Source of the DNA: an uncultured Thermus sp.
Lineage (GTDB): Bacteria > Deinococcota > Deinococci > Deinococcales > Thermaceae
Length of the DNA: 64,000 nt
NCBI GenBank assembly: GCA_947085095.1
Contig: CAMTVD010000018.1
Span: forward strand, 1-64,000
Reading direction: 5' to 3'
Part shown: piece by piece, positions 55,584 to 64,000 of the stretch
Layout of the letters: each line of letters begins with the position of its first letter
Position numbering within the stretch: position 1 is the first letter of the stretch
The notes under the pieces: generated by a model
What the model was told of the DNA's origin: nothing
The model's database searches: none
The model's input: the letters and a program-made list of their open reading frames with translations, nothing else
Position numbers and translations under genes: made by a program

Positions 55584-58379
55584 CTACGGGGCCTTCCGCA
55601 GATGGACGGGGGTGGGGGAGGTGAAGCCCGGGGGCAGGGGAAGGGGCTCGCCGTACCGCACCAAGACGGTGGGCGCCACGGGGTAACAGCCCATATTCTC
55701 GCCGTAGATGGCCAGGCCGCCCCGGTGGACGGCGTTCCAGGGCACCGTGAGCCGGAGGGCCAGGTGGCCGTGCTCGGCAAACCGGTTGCGGATGGCTAGG
55801 CCCGCCGGTGAGTCCAGGGAAACATGGGCCTGCATCAGGTAGCCGTACGAGCCCCGTTCCTGGCCGCGCCAGTGGGACAGGACTCCCCGGGCGTCTGCGG
55901 GGTCATCGGCTAGATGCCAGGTGGCTACTCGCACCCCGTTCAGGGAAACCTCCACCGTGGTGGGGAAGGGCTTGTCCTCGGTCTGGGGGTAGTCCTCGGG
56001 GTGGAGGCGTTCCGGCCAGTCCACCTTTTCCCGCCCGGCTTTGGCGGCGACCTCGCAGAGAAAGGTGAGGGACTCTGCCCCTTCCAGGGTAACGCCCTCG
56101 GGTAACCGGAGCCGGTACTCCACAAACCCGTGCCCCCGGCCGTAGTGCTTGCCCTCGAGGCTTGGGGGTGCGGAGGCCTCGCTGAAGGAGCTTTCCCAAA
56201 AATCCCCCGGAGCGAAGCGCAGGGCCAGGGTGCTGGCGTCCACCCCCTCCACCCGGGGCAGGCCTCTGGCGTCCCGCACCCACCACTGGGTGTAGTTGGT
56301 GTGCACCCGCTTCCCCTCTTTGTCCTCCAGCCAGGCCACCAGGGTTGCCAGGGCGGGCTCCCGGGGTAGGGTGATGGGGATTTCCCCCAAGGGTGCCAGC
56401 CGGTAGGGGGGAAAGCGCGGGCACGCCCTGGATTCCACAGGCTCCTCGCGCCAGCTGCCGAAGCGGTCCAGCCACCGCATCAGCCACCGGAGGACCAGCC
56501 CCTCCTCATGGCGGCCGCTCATGTGGCTGAAGAGGACGGGCACCCTTACCCTTTCCCCGGGTTGGGCGGTTTTGATGGCCGGCACGTCCAGGACGAGGAA
56601 GTCCTCGGCGAAGACGTCCCGCACCGCCATACCCGGGGCCCAGAAGGCATACCCGAAGGCCTTGGGGGAGCGGTCGTAGTTGTAGATGCCGTTGTGCTCC
56701 CACTCCACATCGGTCAGCTGGGTGTAGGTGTAGCCCGAAAGCTTCTCGCAACCCCGCAGGGCGTTGACGTAGAAGAGGGTTCCCCAGGAGACGTCCCCGT
56801 CCCCGTCCTCGGCGCTCACGTAGCCGAACTCGTTGTTGACGAAGGGCTCGCCCCGTTGCCGGTAGCCGGCGATGTAGTTCCAGCCCTCCCCAGCTTTAAT
56901 GTGCTCGGCGCTGGCCTCACGGCAGAGCTGCCCCACGATCTCCATGTCCCGCCCGTACCAGTGGAAGGAGTTCAGGTCGGTGTCCAGGTGGGACCAGCCC
57001 GAGTTGTCGTGCACCAGCCGCGTGGGGTCCAGCTGTCGGGCGAGGTGGACCATCTCCAAAGCCCAGTAGATGCGGTGCTCTTCCGGAGCCTTTTCCGGGC
57101 TGCCAAGGCCCCACTCCTCATTGAAGATCGTCCAGCAGAAGATGCTGGGGTGGTTGAAGTCCCGCTCTATCAGCTCGCGCAGGGTTTGCGCGAAGGCTTC
57201 GCGGGCGCGCTGGGCGTTCTCGGGGGTGTAGGGGGCCTCGGGGTGGGTGAGGAGCCAGGTGTTGGGCAGGTCCTGCTGGACCAAAAGGCCCAGGCGGTCG
57301 GCCCAGTAAAGGCGGCGGGGCTCGTCCGCCTTGACGTGGATGCGGAGCATGTTGAAGCCGGCCTCCTTGGCCAGCTCCACGTCCCTTCGCAAAAAGGCCT
57401 CGCTGGGGGCGGTGTAGATGCCTTCGGGGTTGAAGGACTGGTCCAGAACCCCGCGCAGGTAGATGGGCTTGCCGTTCAGCAGGACAAAACTGGGGTGCTC
57501 CTCGGCGGGTTGCCCAAAGGCCACGGTGCGGATGCCGAAATAGGTGCGGACGCGGTCGTAAACCCTGGCCTTTGCCCCTCTTCCGGCGCGGAGCAGGATC
57601 TCCGCAGGGTAGAGGTAAGGGGTCTCGGGGCTCCAGAGGATGGGCTCGGGGACCCTGATCTCCAGTTCCATCTCCTCCTGATCCGGCGCCGCCTTGGCCT
57701 CCGCGGTGGGAAACCGCCCTTCAGGGGAGCGCACCTCTACCCAGACCTCCCCGTTCCCTTCCTCCCTTCCCCGGTCCAGCCTGATGGCGAACCGCACCCT
57801 TCCCGTGGGAAGGTGGTCCTGTCCCGCCAGGGGAAGGATGCGGAATCCCCGGATGGCCACTGGTCCCGTGGCCTCCAGCCAGACGGTCTGCCAGATGCCG
57901 CTCGTGGGGGTGTACCAGCCCACCTGCTTGCCCGTGGGCAGCGCCGGGTCGGTGGAGTCGGCTACCCGGACGGTGAGCTGGTTGGGCATGGAGAAGCTAG
58001 CCTGTTGGGAGACATCAAAGCGGAACTCGCCGTAGCCGCCCGCGTGTTCCCCCACCTTTTCCCCGTTCAGCCAGACCGTGGCGTGCCAGTCCACCGCGCC
58101 AAAGCAAAGCCAAAGCCGCCTGCCCCTCCAGGCCTCGGGAAGGGTAAAGGTGCGCCGGTACCAGGCGACGCCCCTATAGTCCGTGCGCTCCAGGCCGCTA
58201 AGCCGGCTTTCCCAGGGAAAGGGCACCAGGATGCGCAAGGGGAAGGCGGGGGGAGAGGCGAACCATCCTCCCTCCATCCCGATATTCTCTGGATCAAAGG
58301 CGAACTCCCAGATGCCGTTGAGGGTCCGCCACGCCGGGCGCTTCAGGTCGGGGCGGGGGTGTTCGGGCCGGGGGATCAC
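55584..58379 (-). CDS. Large GH2-family glycoside hydrolase with an extra C-terminal region
   Basis: LNGIWEF, FGAVDW, SGIWQTVWLE, LDQ, FNHPSI..W..FNE (acid/base) and NEFG (nucleophile). Confidence 0.88.
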   Translation of the reverse strand: MIPRPEHPRPDLKRPAWRTLNGIWEFAFDPENIGMEGGWFASPPAFPLRILVPFPWESRLSGLERTDYRGVAWYRRTFTLPEAWRGRRLWLCFGAVDWHATVWLNGEKVGEHAGGYGEFRFDVSQQASFSMPNQLTVRVADSTDPALPTGKQVGWYTPTSGIWQTVWLEATGPVAIRGFRILPLAGQDHLPTGRVRFAIRLDRGREEGNGEVWVEVRSPEGRFPTAEAKAAPDQEEMELEIRVPEPILWSPETPYLYPAEILLRAGRGAKARVYDRVRTYFGIRTVAFGQPAEEHPSFVLLNGKPIYLRGVLDQSFNPEGIYTAPSEAFLRRDVELAKEAGFNMLRIHVKADEPRRLYWADRLGLLVQQDLPNTWLLTHPEAPYTPENAQRAREAFAQTLRELIERDFNHPSIFCWTIFNEEWGLGSPEKAPEEHRIYWALEMVHLARQLDPTRLVHDNSGWSHLDTDLNSFHWYGRDMEIVGQLCREASAEHIKAGEGWNYIAGYRQRGEPFVNNEFGYVSAEDGDGDVSWGTLFYVNALRGCEKLSGYTYTQLTDVEWEHNGIYNYDRSPKAFGYAFWAPGMAVRDVFAEDFLVLDVPAIKTAQPGERVRVPVLFSHMSGRHEEGLVLRWLMRWLDRFGSWREEPVESRACPRFPPYRLAPLGEIPITLPREPALATLVAWLEDKEGKRVHTNYTQWWVRDARGLPRVEGVDASTLALRFAPGDFWESSFSEASAPPSLEGKHYGRGHGFVEYRLRLPEGVTLEGAESLTFLCEVAAKAGREKVDWPERLHPEDYPQTEDKPFPTTVEVSLNGVRVATWHLADDPADARGVLSHWRGQERGSYGYLMQAHVSLDSPAGLAIRNRFAEHGHLALRLTVPWNAVHRGGLAIYGENMGCYPVAPTVLVRYGEPLPLPPGFTSPTPVHLRKAP

Positions 58380-58450
58380 CAGCCCTAAGTTTACAATGAG
58401 TTTGACTCTTCAGGGGGCGGAAATGTAACCTTGAGGCAAAAGGGGGTAGT

Positions 58451-59242
58451 ATGAGCCTTCTAGAGCGGTTGGGGCTTTCCGGCAGGCGGGTCCTCATCCT
58501 TCACCACGATGACCTGGGCCTGACCCACGCCCAGAACGAGGCTTACCTGGCCTTGGGCTTCCCCACGGGAAGCGTCATGGTCCCTGGGGCTTGGGCGGGC
58601 GGGGTGAGGGGCCGGGACCTGGGGGTCCACCTGGTCCTCACCAGCGAGTGGCCCGCCCCCCGGATGCGCCCCCTCACCGAAGGGGAGAGCCTAAAGGAGG
58701 AGGCGGGCTTCTTCCCCTCCTCTTTAGAGGCCCTTTGGCGGCGGGCCCGGGCCGAGGAGGTGGAGAGGGAGCTCAGGGCCCAGATAGAGGCGGCCAAGAG
58801 GCTCTTCTCCCCCACCCATCTGGACACCCACCAGGGGGCGGTCCTGAGGCCGGACCTGGCCGAGGTCTACCTGCGCCTGGCCCAGGAATACCGCCTTCCC
58901 GCCTTGGTTCCGGAGAGCCTCGAGGGCCTGGGCGTTCCCGAGGCCTTCCTCCCCGACCTTCTGCGCCTCATGGAAAAGGCCCCCTTCCCCCGGGTGCGCT
59001 TCCTGGACCCCTACAACCTTCCCCCGGAGGAACGGCTTGGCTTTTACCTGGACCTCTCCCGGCTTCCCCCGGGGCTTTACCACCTGGTCCACCACAGCGC
59101 CCTGCCCACCCCCGAGGGCCGGGCCTTGCCCGACTGGGCCAGCCGGGAGGCGGACTACTTCGCCCTGAGCCACCCGGAGGTGCGCCGGGTCCTCTCTGAG
59201 TTCCACCCCCTCACCTGGAAAGAAGTCCGGGAGGCCTTATGA
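58451..59242 (+). CDS. YdjC/ChbG-family carbohydrate deacetylase
   Basis: LILHHDDLG, GVHLVLTSEW, PTHLDTH. Confidence 0.85.
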   Translation: MSLLERLGLSGRRVLILHHDDLGLTHAQNEAYLALGFPTGSVMVPGAWAGGVRGRDLGVHLVLTSEWPAPRMRPLTEGESLKEEAGFFPSSLEALWRRARAEEVERELRAQIEAAKRLFSPTHLDTHQGAVLRPDLAEVYLRLAQEYRLPALVPESLEGLGVPEAFLPDLLRLMEKAPFPRVRFLDPYNLPPEERLGFYLDLSRLPPGLYHLVHHSALPTPEGRALPDWASREADYFALSHPEVRRVLSEFHPLTWKEVREAL

Positions 59243-60492
59243 AGGCTTGGCGCTACGCCTCGGGGCAAATGGGTCTCACCATAGTTTCGGAGAGCTTCGG
59301 CACCTATCTGGCCTTTTTCTATCTGGAAAAGCTCGGGTTGTCCGCCGCATTTTATGCCCTGGCGCGCAGCCTGTACGCCATCTGGGACGCGGTGAACGAC
59401 CCCCTCTTTGGCCACCTCTCCGACCGCACCAAGACCCCCTTAGGCCGCAGGCGGCCCTGGCTTCTTCTGGGCATTCCCCTCTTCCTCCTCTTCTACCTCC
59501 TGGTCTTCTGGGTGCCGGACTGGGCCAAAAGCCCGGGGGTGCTTCCCTATTACTTCCTCCTGGCCATCGTGCTTTATGAAACCACGGCCACCGTGATCTG
59601 GACCAACTACGGCGCCCTTTTCCCGGAGATGTTCCGGAACCTCGCGCAAAGGGCCCAGGCCGCGGCCTTGAAGCGGGGCACGGAGCTCTTTGGCCTCATT
59701 CTGGGCATCGCCCTGGCCCCGGTGATCTACGCCCAGTTTGGCTTTGCGGGCATGGCGCTTCTCTTTGCTGGACTGGCCCTTTTCGCCTTCCTGTTCTTCC
59801 TCTCGGGCGTGGAGGAGGACCCCAGGGCGGAAAGCGGGCTTGGACTTTTGCCCTCGTTCCGCCTGGTCTTCGCTAACCGGGCCTTCTGGGTAGCGGCTTT
59901 GGTGGGTCTTCTCTTTGAGTTCGGGCGCACGGTGATCCAGACGGCCATGGCCTTCTACGCCAAGCACAGCCTGGGCCTGCCCGAGGCGGCCACCACCCTC
60001 CTCTTCGCCGCCGTCTTCCTGGTGGCCCTGCCCTCGGTCTTCCTCTGGGGAAGGCTTTCCCAGGTTTTGGGGGGGAAGCGGGCCTGGCGGCTTGCCCACC
60101 TCCTCATGGGCTTGAGCGCCCTTCTTCTTTTCCTGCCCCAAAGCCTTCTCCCCGCCGTCCTGGTGGGGGCCTTGGTGGGGATGGGCTTCGCCGGGGTGCG
60201 GGTCACGGGGGAGGTGATCATGGCCAAGGTCATTGACCTGGACGCGGAGAAGACGGGCACCCGCAGGGAGGGGGCCTACTACAGCCTGGTGGGGCTTCTG
60301 GGGCGGGTCTCCGGGGCTTTGGTGGGCCTGGCCTTCGCCCTTCTGGGGCCCCTCTTTGGCTACGTGAGCGGGGAGAACCCGGGGCCCAACCCTGGCCTGG
60401 CCTTCCGCTTCCTCATCTCCGTGGTGCCGGGGGTGGCCATCCTGCTGGCCTTCCTCCTCACCGCCTTATTCCCCCACGAGGTGCGGGAATGA
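59239..60492 (+). CDS. MFS glycoside:cation symporter (GPH/MelB family)
   Basis: WDAVNDPLFG.LSDRT..GRRRPW, G.RREG.Y; about 12 TM segments. Confidence 0.92.
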   Translation: MKAWRYASGQMGLTIVSESFGTYLAFFYLEKLGLSAAFYALARSLYAIWDAVNDPLFGHLSDRTKTPLGRRRPWLLLGIPLFLLFYLLVFWVPDWAKSPGVLPYYFLLAIVLYETTATVIWTNYGALFPEMFRNLAQRAQAAALKRGTELFGLILGIALAPVIYAQFGFAGMALLFAGLALFAFLFFLSGVEEDPRAESGLGLLPSFRLVFANRAFWVAALVGLLFEFGRTVIQTAMAFYAKHSLGLPEAATTLLFAAVFLVALPSVFLWGRLSQVLGGKRAWRLAHLLMGLSALLLFLPQSLLPAVLVGALVGMGFAGVRVTGEVIMAKVIDLDAEKTGTRREGAYYSLVGLLGRVSGALVGLAFALLGPLFGYVSGENPGPNPGLAFRFLISVVPGVAILLAFLLTALFPHEVRE

Positions 60493-62849
60493 AGTCTGAG
60501 CCCAGATTCCTGCAAAAGGCCCTGCTGGCCCTCCGCTTCCTGGGCCCGGAGGGGACCCGGCGGGCCCTTTTCTACGCTCTTTTGCGGGACTACTGGAACC
60601 GCATGCAACCTGCGCCGCAGGGCCCCTGGCGTGGCGTGGGGCCGCCCCAGGCCATGGTGGCCATCCCCGGGGGAGGGCGCTTCCTCTTCCCCGAGGGGGA
60701 GCTGGAGGCAGTTTTCCTAGAGGGGGGGCTCCGCCTCACCTGGACCCCGGGCCGCCTCCCACCCCCTTACGCCATAGAGAAAGCCCCTGCCCTCCTGGAG
60801 CCTGAACGGGAGGAGGGCGGGGGGCGCTTCGCCCTGGCGGCGGGGGGCGTCCGCCTCGAGGTGGGGCCGGAGGGCCTCCTCTTCCTGGACGAAGGGGGCC
60901 GGGTGTGGCGGCGGGAGGCCCTGCCCGAGCGCCAAGGGGAGGCCTGGCGGCACCGGGTGGACCTGGCCCCGGGGGAGCGGCTTTACGGTCTTGGGGCGGT
61001 GGCGGCCCCTCTGGACCGCCGGGGGCGGAGCTACCGCCTCTGGAACCGGGATGTGGGGGGGAGTTACGGCCCGGATGAGGGCCCCCTGTACCTCACCATC
61101 CCCTCGCTCCTTTCCCGCAAGCCTGGGGGCGGGTACCTGGTCTTCTACGAGAACCCCCACGAGGCCTTTTTGGACCTGAGCGGCGATGTGGGCCTGGTGG
61201 CCTTTTCCGGCGGGGCTCTGAGGTACTACCTCTTTCCCGGGGGGCCCAAGGAGGCCCTGGCCGCCTACACTGCCCTCACGGGCAGGCCGCCCCTCCCGCC
61301 CCGCTTTGCCTTGGGCCTCCACTTCGCCCGCTGGGGGCTTAGGACGGAGGAGGAGGCGCGGGAGGTGGTGGAGGGGTTTTTCGCCCACGACCTCCCCCTC
61401 TCCGCCCTGCACCTGGACATAGACTACATGGACGGCTACCGGGTCTTCACCGTGGACCGGAGGCGTTTCCCCCATCTGGAGGGGCTGGTGCGGGACCTGG
61501 AGGGGCGGGGGGTGCGCACGGTCCTCATCCTGGACCCCGGGGTCAAGGCCGAGGCGGGCTTTCCCCCCTTTGAGGCGGGCCTGAAGGAGGGGGTCTTCTG
61601 CACCCTTCCCGGGGGCCGCCTCCTGAAGGCCCCGGTGTGGCCGGGGTGGTGCGCCTTCCCCGACTTCACCAGCCCCAAGGCCCGGGCCTGGTGGGGCGAG
61701 CGGTGCGGGGAGCTCCTCGCCCTGGGCGTTCACGGCTTCTGGCTGGACATGAACGAGCCCGCCGCCTTCGCCGCCTGGGGGGACCCCACCCTTCCGGGCC
61801 CCACCCGGCACGCCCTCGAGGGCCAGGAGGGGGACCACCGCGAGGCCCACAACCTCTACGGCCTCCTCATGGCCCGGGCCACCCACGAGGCCCTGCGGGC
61901 GCGGGGCGTGGCCCGCCCCTTCCTCTTCTCCCGCTCCGGCTTTGCGGGCCTGGCCCGCTACGCCTGGAACTGGACGGGGGACGTGGAGAGCAGCTGGGAG
62001 GCCCTTCGGCGCACGGTGGGCATCGTCCTGGGGCTTGGGCTTTCCGGGGTGCCCTACACGGGCTCGGACATCGGGGGCTTCAGCGGCCACCCCTCCCCGG
62101 AGCTTTTCCTTCGCTGGTTCCAGGCCGCGGCCTTCATGCCCTTCTTCCGCCTCCACTCCGCCATCTCCACCCCCAGGCGGGAGCCCTGGCGCTTCGGCGA
62201 GCCCGTGGTTTCCGTTCTCCGAAACTTTTTGCGGCTCCGCCACGCCCTCATCCCCTACCTCTACACCCTGGCCTGGGAGGCCCGGGAGAAGGGCTATCCC
62301 CTGGTCCGCCCCCTCTTCTTCTTGGACCCGGAAAGGGAAGCGGAGGACGCCTTTCTCCTGGGGGAGGACCTTTTGGTGGCCCCGGTGGTGGAGGAAGGGG
62401 CCCGCCACCGCCTGGTGCCCCTGCCCAAGGGTCTCTGGTACGAGTTCTGGAGCGACCGGCTGGTGGAGGGGCCCGGGGAGGTATGGGCCGAGGCGCCCCT
62501 AGAGCGCATCCCCATCTTTGTGCGGGCGGGCGCCGCCTTGCCCCTGGTGGAGGGGGAGGGCCTGGTCCTCCACCTCTACCCGGGGCCTGAGGGCCGGGCC
62601 GAAGGAAGCCTCTACTGGGACGAGGGGGATGGGGAGGGGCCCTCCCGGCTGGACCGCTTCCTCCTGGAGGGGGGGCGGCTCCTGTGGCAGGGGGAGGGGG
62701 ATTACCCCTGGCCCTGGGAGGGGCTAGGGCTTCGCCTGCACGGGGCTGGGCTCAAGGGGGGAAGGGTGGGGGATGCGGTCTACCCCGCCGAGGAGGGGGT
62801 TCTCTGGCTTCCCCCCTTCCGCGAGGTCCTTTTGGAGGTGGAGGGATGA
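60489..62849 (+). CDS. GH31 alpha-glucosidase
   Basis: LDIDYM, WLDMNEP (nucleophile), WTGD, GSDIGGF. Confidence 0.93.
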   Translation: MKSEPRFLQKALLALRFLGPEGTRRALFYALLRDYWNRMQPAPQGPWRGVGPPQAMVAIPGGGRFLFPEGELEAVFLEGGLRLTWTPGRLPPPYAIEKAPALLEPEREEGGGRFALAAGGVRLEVGPEGLLFLDEGGRVWRREALPERQGEAWRHRVDLAPGERLYGLGAVAAPLDRRGRSYRLWNRDVGGSYGPDEGPLYLTIPSLLSRKPGGGYLVFYENPHEAFLDLSGDVGLVAFSGGALRYYLFPGGPKEALAAYTALTGRPPLPPRFALGLHFARWGLRTEEEAREVVEGFFAHDLPLSALHLDIDYMDGYRVFTVDRRRFPHLEGLVRDLEGRGVRTVLILDPGVKAEAGFPPFEAGLKEGVFCTLPGGRLLKAPVWPGWCAFPDFTSPKARAWWGERCGELLALGVHGFWLDMNEPAAFAAWGDPTLPGPTRHALEGQEGDHREAHNLYGLLMARATHEALRARGVARPFLFSRSGFAGLARYAWNWTGDVESSWEALRRTVGIVLGLGLSGVPYTGSDIGGFSGHPSPELFLRWFQAAAFMPFFRLHSAISTPRREPWRFGEPVVSVLRNFLRLRHALIPYLYTLAWEAREKGYPLVRPLFFLDPEREAEDAFLLGEDLLVAPVVEEGARHRLVPLPKGLWYEFWSDRLVEGPGEVWAEAPLERIPIFVRAGAALPLVEGEGLVLHLYPGPEGRAEGSLYWDEGDGEGPSRLDRFLLEGGRLLWQGEGDYPWPWEGLGLRLHGAGLKGGRVGDAVYPAEEGVLWLPPFREVLLEVEG

Positions 62850-64000
62850 AGCTGGAAAAGGCGCTTTTTCTGGCCCATCCGGCCCAGGACCCCCGGGGGC
62901 TTCCCGGGGAGGGGTGGAAGGAGGTGGCCTTGCCCCACCAGTGGAGCCTCGAGGGCCTGGAGGCCGAGGTGGGCTGGTACCGCCTCCAGGTGCCCGAGGT
63001 GGGGCCAAGGCGCTTCCTGCGCCTTTGGGGGGATTACTACCAGGAGGCCTGGCTGGACGGGGCTTACCTGGGGCGGCACGAGGGGTACTTCTTCCCCTGG
63101 CTTTTGGAGCTTCCCCCGGGGCGGGAGCTTCTCCTAAGGGTCTCGGCCCCCAGGGAGCCCTTGGACCGGTGGCCCAGGTTCAAGCGGCAGATCAAGGGGG
63201 TCTTGGGCCAGCACGACTGCCGCCCTGGGGGGAACACGGAAAGGGGGCAGGAGCGGGGCACCGGGGGGCTTTGGGGCGGGGTGGAGGTCTGGCCCCGGCA
63301 GGAGGTGGCCCTCCTGGCCCTCACCCACCGCGCCCACCGGACCCCCACGGGCTGGCGGCTTCTGGTCCGGCTCTTGGTGGACGCTCCCCGGGCCTTTCAG
63401 GAGGAGGTTTGGCTTCGCCTCCTTCCGGAAAACTTCCCCGGGGAGGCCCGGGAGAAGCGGGGGGAGGTCCTTGGGGAGGGGGGCCGCTCCTGGCTTGAGG
63501 TGGTGTGGGACCTGCCGGAGATGCCCCTTTGGGAGGTGTGGGAGCGGGGCTTCCCCCACCTCTTCCGCCTCGAGGCGGAGCTCATGGGGGCCAGGCTTTC
63601 CGCCCCCCTGGGCTTCCGCACCCTGGGGCTGGATGGGGAGGGCTGGCTCCTTCTGAACGGGAACCGCCTCTTCCTCCGGGGCACCAACATCATCCCCACC
63701 CAGTGGCTTTCGGGCTACGGGGAGGAGCTGGCCCAAAGGGACGTGGCCCTCGTCAAGGAGGCCCACCTGAACGCGGTGCGGGTCCACGCCCACGTGGCCC
63801 ACCCCGCCTTTTACCGGGCCTGCGACCGGGAGGGGGTTCTGGTCTGGCAGGACTTCCCCTTGCAGTGGGGCTACGCCCCCGACGAGGCCTTCGCCAGGGA
63901 GGCCCTGCGCCAGGCCCGGGCCATGGTGGACCTTTTGGGGGCCCACCCCGCCATCTACCTCTGGTGCGCCCAGAACGAGCCCACCCACAACCGCCACACC
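62846..64000 (+). CDS. GH2 glycoside hydrolase (beta-mannosidase-like), runs off the window
   Basis: Not in the track. ATGA-coupled start MKLEKALF; GRHEGYF, LFLRGTN, NAVRVHAH, WQDFPLQW, HPAIYLWCAQNEP. Confidence 0.9.
   Translation, partial: MKLEKALFLAHPAQDPRGLPGEGWKEVALPHQWSLEGLEAEVGWYRLQVPEVGPRRFLRLWGDYYQEAWLDGAYLGRHEGYFFPWLLELPPGRELLLRVSAPREPLDRWPRFKRQIKGVLGQHDCRPGGNTERGQERGTGGLWGGVEVWPRQEVALLALTHRAHRTPTGWRLLVRLLVDAPRAFQEEVWLRLLPENFPGEAREKRGEVLGEGGRSWLEVVWDLPEMPLWEVWERGFPHLFRLEAELMGARLSAPLGFRTLGLDGEGWLLLNGNRLFLRGTNIIPTQWLSGYGEELAQRDVALVKEAHLNAVRVHAHVAHPAFYRACDREGVLVWQDFPLQWGYAPDEAFAREALRQARAMVDLLGAHPAIYLWCAQNEPTHNRHT

Overview
High-GC (about 70% by eye), gene-dense chromosomal segment of a Thermus-like bacterium, judged from nqo15, ttuB/ttuA and the long L25/TL5. 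Mostly core genes: uvrA (cut by the window edge), csaA, a ferredoxin-NADP reductase, an Opp/Dpp ABC operon, acuBC, ttuBA, a GH13 alpha-glucosidase, lnt, queG, hom-thrC, hemW, glcDEF plus glycerate kinase, a TilS-deaminase fusion, leucine catabolism genes, rnhA, guaA and luxS-mtnN-prs-rplY-pth-ddl. There are five tRNAs (Ile2/Met-CAT, Leu-CAA, Cys-GCA, Val-GAC, Ser-CGA). Accessory content comprises two VapBC-type modules, an internally deleted MNT-HEPN pair, a glycoside-utilisation locus (GH2, YdjC/ChbG, GPH symporter, GH31, GH2 running off the edge) and the most interesting region, 45049-48450. That region looks like a collapsed radical-SAM/SPASM peptide (RiPP) cluster: a SARP/BTAD-like regulator, a pair of inverted GTAAC-N6-GTAAC boxes, a 62-aa chimeric leader-plus-SPASM ORF and an intact ABC-2 exporter. 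Two CDSs end 22 nt inside a tRNA gene, and leaderless or back-to-back -10 promoters are pervasive. No CRISPR array, rRNA, integrase or transposase was seen. All calls come from reading motifs by eye; no database searches were run.
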